From the NCBI GenBank assembly GCA_043798915.1, contig JAZDOG010000092.1:1-23200 (forward strand): a stretch of 23,200 bases of DNA, given 5' to 3'. Made by a program: the position numbers and the translations under genes. Source of the stretch: Pseudomonadota bacterium. Its GTDB lineage: Bacteria; UBA10199; 2-02-FULL-44-16; JAAZCA01. Below, piece after piece: positions 7,879 through 17,302 of the stretch (positions within the stretch are counted from its first letter, which is position 1; each line of letters opens with the position of its first letter). The notes under the pieces were generated by a model that saw nothing but the letters and a program-made list of their open reading frames with translations, searched no databases and had not been told where the DNA came from.

Positions 7879-7911
7879 AAAAATGAAAAGGCCTCCGAGA
7901 TCCCGGCGGCC
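7879..7911 (-). terminator. Intrinsic terminator of tRNA-Ala
   Basis: Minus strand reads GGCCGCCGG-GATC-TCGGAGGCC-TTTTCATTTTT, just after the CCA end. Confidence 0.75.
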
Positions 7912-7949
7912 ATTTCATTTGGTGGAGCCTGCGGGAGTCGCACCCGCAA
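7885..7949 (-). repeat. attL-like direct repeat overlapping the tRNA-Ala 3' end and terminator
   Basis: 63 of 65 bases identical to 1796-1860. Confidence 0.95.
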
Positions 7950-7993
7950 CTTGAGAATGCCATTCTCACGTGATCCTGCTTCACTAAGGCCCC
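7920..7993 (-). tRNA. tRNA-Ala(GGC), 74 nt, CCA encoded
   Basis: Cloverleaf folded by hand: GGGGCCT/AGGCTCC acceptor stem with G3:U70; GTGA/TCAC D-stem; TGAGA-ATGGCAT-TCTCA anticodon arm (A32/U38); GCGGG-TGCGACT-CCCGC T-arm; ACCA end. Confidence 0.95.
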
Positions 7994-8001
7994 TAAACTT
8001 C

Positions 8002-8036
8002 AGTTTAAAGTTAGAAGTTTAAAGTGTAAAATTAAA
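8002..8036. repeat. Degenerate heptamer tandem repeat (5 units) in the tRNA leader
   Basis: AGTTTAA AGTTAGA AGTTTAA AGTGTAA AATTAAA. Confidence 0.7.
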
Positions 8037-8085
8037 GCAACCCTTTATGTTATTTCGACATCAAACACCATCCCCAACCGAGAGG

Positions 8086-8114
8086 AATATCGTTTAAGCC
8101 GCGTCCATTGTCAA
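8086..8114 (-). promoter_or_regulatory. Possible sigma70 promoter for tRNA-Ala
   Basis: TTGACA (8114-8109), 17-bp spacer, GATATT (8091-8086). The -10 match is weak. Confidence 0.5.
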
Positions 8115-8137
8115 TCGCATTTCATGCATGCGCCCCT

Positions 8138-8902
8138 TCACCACTGGAAGAACACCCCCACCCTCGGGCCATGGAGTTTCTCGTCGCCCACGAGAAGCGC
8201 CCGATAGCCGGCGCGAACGCCGAAGAGCTTGTACTTGAATGATAAACCCGCCCCAAGGTCATATACGGTATTCCCCCTGAGTGTCGTGAAATACGGCAGG
8301 ACATCGAACACGAAGTTCCTGTTGAAGAAGATATAGAATGGCAATCCTATGTCCATGCCCGTGCGGCGCTGTCCCCCCTTAATCACCCTGGCGCCAAGCG
8401 CCAGATTCGTCCCGAAATGCCGCGTGAAGATCGACCGCAGGAGGCCGTGCACGGTCCACATATCAAGCGAATTGTTCGGGCTCTTCTCAAAAATGCGCGA
8501 ATACTCGCCGTCGACGCCGAGCACCAGGTACCCCGCCTCCGCCTTGACGGAAAAGCTACTGAGGCCGCCAACCAGGTACTGATATGACGGCTCGATGCGG
8601 ATCGTGGGCAGGGCCGGACTCCACTCCTTTTTGAGATCCTTGTAGAGGCCTTGGAAACCCTCCATGCCTGTCTGCATAAAGCCCATGAGGAGAAACTGCA
8701 TGAACATCTCGATGGCGCCCTGCATGGCTATATCCCCTGCGCTCACCCCGCTTGTATCTTGCGGGGTCTCAGCCGCCGGCTTCCCGATCTCCTCTTCGAA
8801 GGATGACAGTTTCCCACTCTTGTCTTCAGCGGAGGCAGCCGTCGCCAATGCCGTTGAGGAGAGAAAAAACACAGCCATGAGAAGCGCCAATGACCTCTTC
8901 AT
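8138..8902 (-). CDS. Hypothetical exported protein, probable outer-membrane beta-barrel
   Basis: ATG 8902 with GGGAG RBS; signal peptide MKRSLALLMAVFFLSSTALATAASA; alternating amphipathic strands in the C-terminal two-thirds; ends in GVFFQW. Confidence 0.65.
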   Translation of the reverse strand: MKRSLALLMAVFFLSSTALATAASAEDKSGKLSSFEEEIGKPAAETPQDTSGVSAGDIAMQGAIEMFMQFLLMGFMQTGMEGFQGLYKDLKKEWSPALPTIRIEPSYQYLVGGLSSFSVKAEAGYLVLGVDGEYSRIFEKSPNNSLDMWTVHGLLRSIFTRHFGTNLALGARVIKGGQRRTGMDIGLPFYIFFNRNFVFDVLPYFTTLRGNTVYDLGAGLSFKYKLFGVRAGYRALLVGDEKLHGPRVGVFFQW

Positions 8903-8909
8903 ATGCTCC

Positions 8910-10127
8910 CTATCCGAGCACGATGGCTCCGGAGACCAGCACCTTTGACACGAAGTTTGTCCCGTACCTGTAGAGGGGAAAATACTCGTCCGGGGCATCG
9001 AGGATTATGAGATCGGCGCGATTGCCAACAGCTACCCTGCCGCAGTCCGTGAGCCCCAGAACCGACGCGGCATTTTGGGTGACAGCGACGAGCGCCTCAT
9101 CGCATGTCATCCCCATCTGCGCGACCGCGATCGTCGCCGCCATCCACAGGTCGAGCGACGGGTTCGTGCCGGGGTTGTAGTCCGTGGCAATTGCAACCTT
9201 GAGGCCCAGATCGATCATCTTCCTCACATCCGGGTAGCGGCCCCGACCGGCGAAGAAACTGGCGCCTGGAAGGACGACGGCTCCGACCCCTGCCCTGGCC
9301 ATCGCGCGCATCCCTTTTTCCGAGGTATGGTCGAGGTGATCGGCAGAAAGGGCGCCAAGCTCCGCCGCGAGTTCCCCTCCCCCGACATCGCTGAACTGAT
9401 CGACGTGAAGGTGCATTCCCAGCCCCATCGCCCTGGCGGCCGCGCCTATTTTGCGCGCCTCGTCGGCCGTGTATGCCCCATCCTCCACAAAGACATCGCA
9501 TGCGCTTATGACCCCGGATTTTTTGGCCGCCGGGAGCATATCGTCGAGGATATGCTGCAGATATTCGCCACGGCGCCCCTTGAACTCCCGAGGCACGACG
9601 TGCGCACCGAGAAACGTTCCGACGATCCTCTGCGGCCCCCTGCCAGCAAGCGCACGGATGGCCTCCGTCATCTTCGCCTCGGCGGTTCTGTCCAAGCCAT
9701 ATCCCGTCTTTATCTCGATCGCCGTGGTGCCATGCGAGAGGGCCTCCATGGCGCGCTGCTCCGCAGAGGCAAAAAGCTCCTTAAGTTTCGCCTTGCGCGT
9801 GGCCTCGACCGTCGACATGATCCCGCCGCCTGAGGCCGCTATCTCCTGATAGCTCTTTCCCTGCGAGCGCAGGTTGAATTCACTTTGTCTGAAGCCGGCA
9901 TGGACAAGATGCGTATGGCAGTCGATGAGGCCCGGCATGACAACGCCGCCGTCCGCATCGACGACGGCTTCGCGGTCCGCCGCATCAGGCAATTTCTTGC
10001 GAGGCCCTGCCCATGCGATTTTTCCGCTTCGGACTCGCACCGCGGCATCCTCGATGACGCCGAGAATCCCTTCGCGGCCTGCGCCCGGTTCCAGCGTCAC
10101 CAACCGGCCTATGTTTTTTATCAGCAT
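8910..10127 (-). CDS. hutI: Imidazolonepropionase
   Basis: [38 protein letters not shown] and ATDYNPG motifs; follows hutU. Start set to MLIKNIG. Confidence 0.95.
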   Translation of the reverse strand: MLIKNIGRLVTLEPGAGREGILGVIEDAAVRVRSGKIAWAGPRKKLPDAADREAVVDADGGVVMPGLIDCHTHLVHAGFRQSEFNLRSQGKSYQEIAASGGGIMSTVEATRKAKLKELFASAEQRAMEALSHGTTAIEIKTGYGLDRTAEAKMTEAIRALAGRGPQRIVGTFLGAHVVPREFKGRRGEYLQHILDDMLPAAKKSGVISACDVFVEDGAYTADEARKIGAAARAMGLGMHLHVDQFSDVGGGELAAELGALSADHLDHTSEKGMRAMARAGVGAVVLPGASFFAGRGRYPDVRKMIDLGLKVAIATDYNPGTNPSLDLWMAATIAVAQMGMTCDEALVAVTQNAASVLGLTDCGRVAVGNRADLIILDAPDEYFPLYRYGTNFVSKVLVSGAIVLG

Positions 10128-11776
10128 GTTATTCCCGGAATCTTCACGCCGCACCGTTTCGCACATTCTATTGCATCTTCATAACCCGCGTCCGCGTGGC
10201 GCAGGATGCCCATCGCCGGGTCGGAGGTGAGGACGCGCCCGATCCTGTGGGCCGCCGCATCCGTCCCGTCGGCGACGATCACCTGCCCAGCGTGGAGCGA
10301 ATACCCGATCCCCACGCCGCCGCCATTGTGGAAGGAGACCCACGACGCGCCGTTGACCGCATTGATGAGCGCATTGAGGATCGGCCAATCCGCGACGGCG
10401 TCGGAGCCGTCTTTCATCGCTTCGGTCTCGCGGTACGGGCTCGCGACAGAGCCGCAATCGAGATGGTCGCGCCCTATGACGATCGGCGCCTTGACCTTTC
10501 CCTTTTTGACGAGATCGTTGAAGGCAAGGCCGGCCTTCGCGCGCTCGCCGTATCCCAGCCAGCAGATGCGCGCTGGCAGGCCCTGAAACGAAACCCGCTT
10601 CGCCGCCATGTCGATCCACCGCGACAAGGCCGCATTTTCGGGAAAGAGATCCTTGATTGCGCGGTCGGTCGCATGAATATCGGCAGGGTCGCCAGAGAGC
10701 GCCACCCATCGAAACGGCCCCTTCCCTTCGCAGAAGAGCGGACGGATATACGCGGGGACGAAACCCGGGAAGGCAAACGCGTCGGCCACGCCCGCATGCT
10801 CTTTCGCCTGCGCGCGGATGTTGTTTCCATAGTCAAACGTCGGCACGCCGCTCGAGTGAAAAGAGAGCATGGCCCGGACCTGCTCACCCATTGCGCGCCA
10901 CGACTCTTTCCTGTAGCGATCCGGATCTTCGCTGCGAAGCCTTAAGGCATCGGCATATGAGATGCCGTTCGGGACGTAGCCATTCAGCACATCGTGCGCC
11001 GATGTCTGGTCGGTCACAAAATCAGGCCGGACGCCGCGCCTCACGAGTTCAGGATATATGTCCGCGGCGTTCGCGCAGAGGCCGATCGACACTACTTCCT
11101 TATTTTTCCGGGCCTTTTCGAGTCTCTTTAAAACTTCATCTAAAGTATTAACTTTTTCATCTAAATATCTAGTTTTTAATCTTTTTTCTATTCTATCACT
11201 ATCTACTTCAATTCCTAAAAAAGAGACGCCCGCCATCGTCGCCGCAAGCGGCTGAGCGCCGCCCATCCCTCCGAGTCCGCCCGACAGGATCCAGCGGCCG
11301 CCCATCTCTCCGCCATAGTGTTTCCTGCCGGCTGCGGCAAAGGTCTCGTATGTCCCCTGCAGGATCCCCTGCGTTCCAATGTATATCCATGATCCGGCGG
11401 TCATCTGGCCGTACATCATGAGCCCTTTTCGCTCGAGCTCATGGAAGTGGTCCCAGTTCGACCAGTTGCCCACAAGGTTCGAGTTGGCGATGATGACGCG
11501 CGGCGCATCGGGATGACTGCCGAGTATGCCAACCGGTTTACCGGACTGGACGAGGAGCGTCTCATCCTCTTCGAGATTCTTGAGGGATTCTATGATCCGG
11601 CGATAGGAGGGCCAGTCGCGCGCCGCCTTCCCCCGACCGCCATAGACGACCAGATCGCCGGGGCGCTCGGCCACCTCGGGATCGAGGTTGTTCATGAGCA
11701 TCCGCATGGCCGCCTCCTGCACCCACCCCTTGCAGGTAATTTCAGAACCCCGCGGCGCCCTTATGATCTCTGACAT
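10121..11776 (-). CDS. hutU: Urocanate hydratase
   Basis: [32 protein letters not shown] and [19 protein letters not shown] motifs. Confidence 0.98.
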   Translation of the reverse strand: MSEIIRAPRGSEITCKGWVQEAAMRMLMNNLDPEVAERPGDLVVYGGRGKAARDWPSYRRIIESLKNLEEDETLLVQSGKPVGILGSHPDAPRVIIANSNLVGNWSNWDHFHELERKGLMMYGQMTAGSWIYIGTQGILQGTYETFAAAGRKHYGGEMGGRWILSGGLGGMGGAQPLAATMAGVSFLGIEVDSDRIEKRLKTRYLDEKVNTLDEVLKRLEKARKNKEVVSIGLCANAADIYPELVRRGVRPDFVTDQTSAHDVLNGYVPNGISYADALRLRSEDPDRYRKESWRAMGEQVRAMLSFHSSGVPTFDYGNNIRAQAKEHAGVADAFAFPGFVPAYIRPLFCEGKGPFRWVALSGDPADIHATDRAIKDLFPENAALSRWIDMAAKRVSFQGLPARICWLGYGERAKAGLAFNDLVKKGKVKAPIVIGRDHLDCGSVASPYRETEAMKDGSDAVADWPILNALINAVNGASWVSFHNGGGVGIGYSLHAGQVIVADGTDAAAHRIGRVLTSDPAMGILRHADAGYEDAIECAKRCGVKIPGITC

Positions 11777-11791
11777 TGACAGTTGAACCCC

Positions 11792-12313
11792 TTATTGCTT
11801 CCCCAAAATGAAATTGCTTACCTCTGCCCTCACCCCTTCGTCATCCCAATCGACGGAGTTGTTTATGCGCTTCGCTATGATGCCGCTCTTGTCTATGAAG
11901 AACGTCTCGGGGACACCGTAGCTCTGGTAGGTATCGGCGACCCGGCCGTCGAGATCGGTCAGAACCGGGAAGGGAGGTTCGGTCGCCCTGAGGAAGGAAC
12001 GAAGATCGCCCATGCCGTTCGGACCGTCCTCCGAGATGGCCACGACCGCCAGCCCCTCGGGCTCGAAGGCTCTGGCCAGCCGGGCGAGCGATGGAAACTC
12101 GCTCACACATGCCCCGCAGAACGTGGCCCAGAAATGGAGGATCACAGGACGGCCCTTGAACTCTGCCAGAGAAACTACCGGGCCCGCAACTGAGGAGAGC
12201 TCGACCGGCGGCGCTGCCTCCCCGACCTTCGGCCGATTCAGATACTGAAGCGCCGACATCGCCACGATGGCGATGCCGGCGATCAGGATAAAAATCCAGA
12301 AGCGCTTCATCAT
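11792..12313 (-). CDS. TlpA/ResA-family membrane-anchored thiol-disulfide oxidoreductase
   Basis: N-terminal TM anchor; LHFWATFCGACVSEFP active site; GVPETFFID cis-Pro motif. Confidence 0.9.
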   Translation of the reverse strand: MMKRFWIFILIAGIAIVAMSALQYLNRPKVGEAAPPVELSSVAGPVVSLAEFKGRPVILHFWATFCGACVSEFPSLARLARAFEPEGLAVVAISEDGPNGMGDLRSFLRATEPPFPVLTDLDGRVADTYQSYGVPETFFIDKSGIIAKRINNSVDWDDEGVRAEVSNFILGKQ

Positions 12314-12325
12314 TTTTGGACCTGA

Positions 12326-12892
12326 TTAATCGCCCGACTGAGGAGCCTTGCGCGCCGAGGCGGTCTTTCTCACAGCTGGCTTGCCCCCCTTGGCGGAGTG
12401 CTTTGCAGTCGCCTTATTGCTTTCGGCCGTGTGCGCAGCGGCCTTTTTTCCCGCCTTCTGAGCCCTCTTCTTCTCGACCCTGGCCTTCTTTTTGGCCTCT
12501 GAGTGCTCGCCGCCCTCGGCATGCGCGTGTTTTCTCTCACCGTCGATATACTCGATGGCGGCCATCGGAGCTGAATCGCCATGCCGCCAGCCAAGCTTCA
12601 GTATCCTGGTGTAGCCGCCGTTGCGATCGGCAAAGCGCTTTGCAAGCTCCGCAAAGAGCTTGTGCACGGCCTTCTTGTTGTGGATGATGGCAACCGCGCG
12701 GCGCTGTGCGTGGAGCGTCTTGCGCTTGCCCAAAGTCACGAGCCTGTCGGCGACCCTGCGGAGCTCCCTGGCCTTCGGCAGCGTCGTCTCGATGCGGTCG
12801 TTGAGGATCAGCGACGTCGCCATGTTGGCGAACATCGCCTTGCGGTGCGCTGACGTGCGGCCTAATTTTTTTCCATCGACATGATGTCTCAT
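12326..12892 (-). CDS. rplQ: 50S ribosomal protein L17 with Lys/Ala-rich C-terminal extension
   Basis: [17 protein letters not shown] and [10 protein letters not shown] motifs; follows rpoA. Confidence 0.97.
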   Translation of the reverse strand: MRHHVDGKKLGRTSAHRKAMFANMATSLILNDRIETTLPKARELRRVADRLVTLGKRKTLHAQRRAVAIIHNKKAVHKLFAELAKRFADRNGGYTRILKLGWRHGDSAPMAAIEYIDGERKHAHAEGGEHSEAKKKARVEKKRAQKAGKKAAAHTAESNKATAKHSAKGGKPAVRKTASARKAPQSGD

Positions 12893-12902
12893 TGAAGATC
12901 TC

Positions 12903-13913
<1,011 letters not shown>

Positions 13914-13994
13914 ATCGAACCTCCTCGCGCCACCACTCCCTGCTCTCGTTATCCTCAGGGATCCTCGGCGCTTGATTAATCATGCATGACGGAA

Positions 13995-14621
13995 TTATTT
14001 CGAATACAATTCAACAATGAGCTGTTCTCGTATCGGTATCGTGAGCTGCTCGCGCGACGGGAATGCCATCACCTTGGCGGAGAAAGTATTCTTCTCGAGC
14101 ATCAGCCATTCCGGAATCCCGCGGCGCTCCACAGACTCCATCGCCTCCGCGATGGCGGGCAGCTGCCGGCTCTTTTCCACGACCGTGACCGTGTCGCCCT
14201 GGCGGACGAGATATGACGGTATGTTAACACGGCGGCCGTTGACCTGGAAATGGCTGTGTTTCACAAGCTGCCTCGCCTGGCTGCGCGAGCGCGCGAAACC
14301 CATCCTGTAGACCATATTGTCCATCCTTCGCTCCAGAAGGAGGATGAGATTGTCGCCGGTCACTCCCTTCATCTGGTCGGCCATCTGGAAGCAGCGCCTG
14401 AACTGGCGCTCAAGCAGGCCGTACATCGCCTTGGCACGCTGCTTTTCGCGCAGCTGCATGCCGTACTCGGAGAACTTGCGCCTCCCCTGGCCGTGCTGGC
14501 CGGGGGCATAGGAGCGCCTCTCGAATGCGCACTTGTCGGTGTAGCAGCGATCGCCCTTCAGAAAGAGCTTCATGCCTTCACGGCGGCACTGCCTGCAGAC
14601 TGACTCTATATACCTTGCCAT
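13995..14621 (-). CDS. rpsD: 30S ribosomal protein S4
   Basis: [33 protein letters not shown] and LIVELYSK motifs. Confidence 0.98.
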   Translation of the reverse strand: MARYIESVCRQCRREGMKLFLKGDRCYTDKCAFERRSYAPGQHGQGRRKFSEYGMQLREKQRAKAMYGLLERQFRRCFQMADQMKGVTGDNLILLLERRMDNMVYRMGFARSRSQARQLVKHSHFQVNGRRVNIPSYLVRQGDTVTVVEKSRQLPAIAEAMESVERRGIPEWLMLEKNTFSAKVMAFPSREQLTIPIREQLIVELYSK

Positions 14622-14645
14622 GGTACAACCTCCTATGAAATCAGA

Positions 14646-15089
14646 TCAAACTCTGCGCTTCTTCGGCGGCCTGCAGCCGTTGTGCGGTATCGGCGTTATG
14701 TCCCTGATCGAGGTAACCCTCACGCCCGTCTTCTGGAGAGCGCGCAGGGCGGACTCCCTGCCCGACCCGGGGCCGTTTACCAGCACCGCTACGCTGCGGA
14801 GGCCGTGGTCCATCGCTTTTCTGATGGCACCCTCGGCGGCCAGCTGCGCGGCAAAGGGCGTGCTCTTGCGCGACCCCTTGAAGCCGCACATCCCGGCCGA
14901 AGACCACGAGATGACATTGCCGGCCGGATCGGTGACGGATATGATCGTGTTGTTGAACGTCGCCAATATATGAACGACCCCGACGGCGACGTTCTTCTTC
15001 ACCTTCTTCTTGCCCTTCTTCGGCGCTACCTTTTTGACTTCCTTTGTTTCCTGCGCCTCTTTTTTTACTTCCTTGACCTCAGTCGACAT
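14646..15089 (-). CDS. rpsK: 30S ribosomal protein S11
   Basis: [20 protein letters not shown] and [15 protein letters not shown] motifs. Confidence 0.98.
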   Translation of the reverse strand: MSTEVKEVKKEAQETKEVKKVAPKKGKKKVKKNVAVGVVHILATFNNTIISVTDPAGNVISWSSAGMCGFKGSRKSTPFAAQLAAEGAIRKAMDHGLRSVAVLVNGPGSGRESALRALQKTGVRVTSIRDITPIPHNGCRPPKKRRV

Positions 15090-15110
15090 TTATTACCTCC
15101 CAATTCATGA

Positions 15111-15497
15111 TCACTTGGTAACCGTCGCGATCTTCTTGCCGGCCACAGCTATCCTCTTGCGGCCCTTGGCTGTGCGCGCGTTCGTATGCGTCCTCTGGCC
15201 CCTGCAAGGCAGCCTGCGGATATGGCGAAGTCCGCGATAGGCGCCAAGATCCTTGAGACGCTTGATGTTTCCCTGTATCTCCCTGCGAAGATCTCCCTCC
15301 ACCTTGTAGCCGGCGTCGAGCACCTCGCGGATCTTCGCGACGTCTCCCTCTGAGAGATCATCGGCGCGAAGGGCTTCATCGATCCCCGCGCTCTTGAGAA
15401 TCCGTTTCGAGGTTGTGTGCCCTATCCCGTAAACATACGTGAGGGCTACAGCGATCCTCTTCTTGCCCGGGATATCTACACCTGCGATGCGTGGCAT
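15111..15497 (-). CDS. rpsM: 30S ribosomal protein S13
   Basis: [18 protein letters not shown] and [14 protein letters not shown] motifs. Confidence 0.98.
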   Translation of the reverse strand: MPRIAGVDIPGKKRIAVALTYVYGIGHTTSKRILKSAGIDEALRADDLSEGDVAKIREVLDAGYKVEGDLRREIQGNIKRLKDLGAYRGLRHIRRLPCRGQRTHTNARTAKGRKRIAVAGKKIATVTK

Positions 15498-15507
15498 ATG
15501 CCTCTCC

Positions 15508-15621
15508 TTATCCCTGCCTCTGCTTGTGTTTCGGGTTAGAGCAGATCACGCGCACGACTCCTTTACGGCGTATGATCTTGCACTTGGCGCAAATCTTTTT
15601 CACCGATGAACGTACTTTCAT
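15508..15621 (-). CDS. rpmJ: 50S ribosomal protein L36 (Zn-binding form)
   Basis: Not in the ORF track. Manual translation gives [45 protein letters not shown]. Confidence 0.97.
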   Translation of the reverse strand: MKVRSSVKKICAKCKIIRRKGVVRVICSNPKHKQRQG

Positions 15622-15650
15622 TTGAAACCTCCAGCAGCCCGGGCGCCAAC

Positions 15651-15869
15651 TCACTTCGCCCTGTAAATAATTCTTCCCCTCGTCAGATCGTACGGAGACA
15701 GCTCTATCGTCACGCTGTCGCCGGGAAGTATCTTTATGAAATGCATCCGCATCTTGCCTGAGACGTGAGCAAGAACCTTGTGGCCGCTCGGGAGTTCCAC
15801 CCGGAACATGGCATTCGGCAGCGTCTCCAGCACCTTTCCCTCAACCTGTATCGCCTCTTGTTTAGGCAT
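15651..15869 (-). CDS. infA: Translation initiation factor IF-1
   Basis: [25 protein letters not shown] and [10 protein letters not shown] motifs. Confidence 0.98.
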   Translation of the reverse strand: MPKQEAIQVEGKVLETLPNAMFRVELPSGHKVLAHVSGKMRMHFIKILPGDSVTIELSPYDLTRGRIIYRAK

Positions 15870-15881
15870 ATGCTCCGTTCA

Positions 15882-16628
15882 TCAAAGTACGCTCAAAATC
15901 TCCGGCCCTTCGTCCATTATTGCCACGGAGTGCTCGAAGTGAACCGAGAGCCTCCTGTCCTTCGTGACGACCGTCCAGCCATCGGGGAGCACTTCCACTT
16001 CGTGCGTGCCCGCGTTGAGCATCGGCTCCAGCGCCAGGACAAGCCCTCTCCGAAGTTTCATCCCCGTTCCCGGCTCGCCGAAGTTGGGCACCTGCGGCTC
16101 CTCGTGCAGCTCGCGTCCCACCCCGTGCCCGACATAATCCCTGACCACCGAGAAACCCGCATCCTCCGCGCATCGCTCTATGGCCGCGGAGATGTCGCGC
16201 AGTCGGCCTCCTGCCTTCGCCGCTGCTACGCCGCGCATCAGCGCCTCTTCGCCGGCGGCCAGAAGGCGTTTCGCCTCAGAGCTCACCTTGCCCACCGGAA
16301 AGCTCCAGGCGTGATCGCCGAAGAAGCCGCCCAGGAGCACGCCGCAGTCGACGCTCACGACATCGCCCTCTTTCAGGCGCTTCTTGCCCGGGATCCCGTG
16401 GACCACCTCTTCATTCACCGAAACGCACAGCGTGTGGTGATAGCCGGGTACGGTCGGGAAAGCAGGCTTGGCGCGCCGCGCGAGGATCAAGCCGGTTGCG
16501 ATTTTCTCGAGTTCAGCGGTCCTGACGCCATCCGCTATGACCCCGGAGAGCTTCTCCATCACCTCTGCAGCGATGCGATTGGCTTCGCGAAGCTTGTCCA
16601 CCTCTTCTCGGGATTTCAGAATGATCAT
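15882..16628 (-). CDS. map: Type I methionine aminopeptidase
   Basis: SVNEEVVHGIP, GHGVGRELHEEP, LEPMLN and HFEHSV motifs. Confidence 0.97.
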   Translation of the reverse strand: MIILKSREEVDKLREANRIAAEVMEKLSGVIADGVRTAELEKIATGLILARRAKPAFPTVPGYHHTLCVSVNEEVVHGIPGKKRLKEGDVVSVDCGVLLGGFFGDHAWSFPVGKVSSEAKRLLAAGEEALMRGVAAAKAGGRLRDISAAIERCAEDAGFSVVRDYVGHGVGRELHEEPQVPNFGEPGTGMKLRRGLVLALEPMLNAGTHEVEVLPDGWTVVTKDRRLSVHFEHSVAIMDEGPEILSVL

Positions 16629-17302
16629 GCTCCCGCCGAAGGCAGTTCCTTATCAATCAAAGAGCGAATTCTTCCAAAGATATCGTCGATCGAGCCGTTC
16701 CCGGAAAGCCTGTGCAGCAAACCTTTGCCTTCATAATACGCAAGGAGCGGCGATGTCTGCCTGTTGTATACCGCGAGCCTGTCGCGGATCGTAGCTTCGT
16801 TGTCGTCGTCGCGCTGATACAGCTCGCCTCCGCACGCGTCGCAGATGCCCTCTTTCCTGGGCCGCTTGAACGACACGTGAAATCCGGTCCCGCATTCCCT
16901 GCACTGCCGGCGCCCAGAGAGCCTGGCCACGACCTCGTCGTCCGGGACGTCCAGACTCACCACGGCCGAGAGCTTCTGACCCATCTCTGAGAAGAGGCAG
17001 GTCAGCGCCTCCGCCTGGCCCACCGTCCTCGGAAACCCGTCCAGTATATAGCCCGAGGAGCAATCGGAAGACTTGATCCTGTCCTTCATTATGCCGACGA
17101 TCACGTCGTCCGGCACGAGCTCGCCGCGGTCCATGAACCGCTTGGCGGAAAGCCCCACTTCGGTCTCATCGCGGACGGCAGCGCGGAGCATGTCGCCGGT
17201 TGACAACTGCGGAATTTCATAGAGCGATTCCAGCATCTTTCCCTGCGTCCCCTTGCCGCACCCCGGGGGACCTATCAGTATCAATCTCAAACTCTGTCTC
17301 AT
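16625..17302 (-). CDS. adk: Adenylate kinase (Zn-lid type)
   Basis: [17 protein letters not shown] and LDGFPRT motifs; lid with CxxC...CxxC. Confidence 0.97.
   Translation of the reverse strand: MRQSLRLILIGPPGCGKGTQGKMLESLYEIPQLSTGDMLRAAVRDETEVGLSAKRFMDRGELVPDDVIVGIMKDRIKSSDCSSGYILDGFPRTVGQAEALTCLFSEMGQKLSAVVSLDVPDDEVVARLSGRRQCRECGTGFHVSFKRPRKEGICDACGGELYQRDDDNEATIRDRLAVYNRQTSPLLAYYEGKGLLHRLSGNGSIDDIFGRIRSLIDKELPSAGA

Larger units (their letters stand above)
1796..7949. mobile_element. Genomic island at the tRNA-Ala(GGC) 3' end carrying a pst-phoU operon and a HigBA-type TA pair; no integrase inside
   Basis: Flanked by 65-bp direct repeats that include the tRNA 3' end. The pst genes are visibly more AT-rich than the ribosomal operon, and a TA module is present. 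Confidence 0.8.

Noticed and set aside
11187..11196. ATAGAATAGA (minus strand) in the hutU AT patch matching the yjjJ promoter boxes
   Set aside because: A low-complexity 10-mer in AT-rich sequence that is dictated by the Asp-Arg-Ile-Glu codons; likely coincidence.
11223..11228. GAGACG (type IIS-like site) at the sharp edge of the AT patch
   Set aside because: The same hexamer occurs elsewhere in the window (for example near 15255 and 22680) with no AT patch.
13973..13989. Overlapping palindromes TGATTAATCA and TCATGCATGA between rpsD and rpoA
   Set aside because: Short, with no promoter context; insufficient to call a regulatory site.
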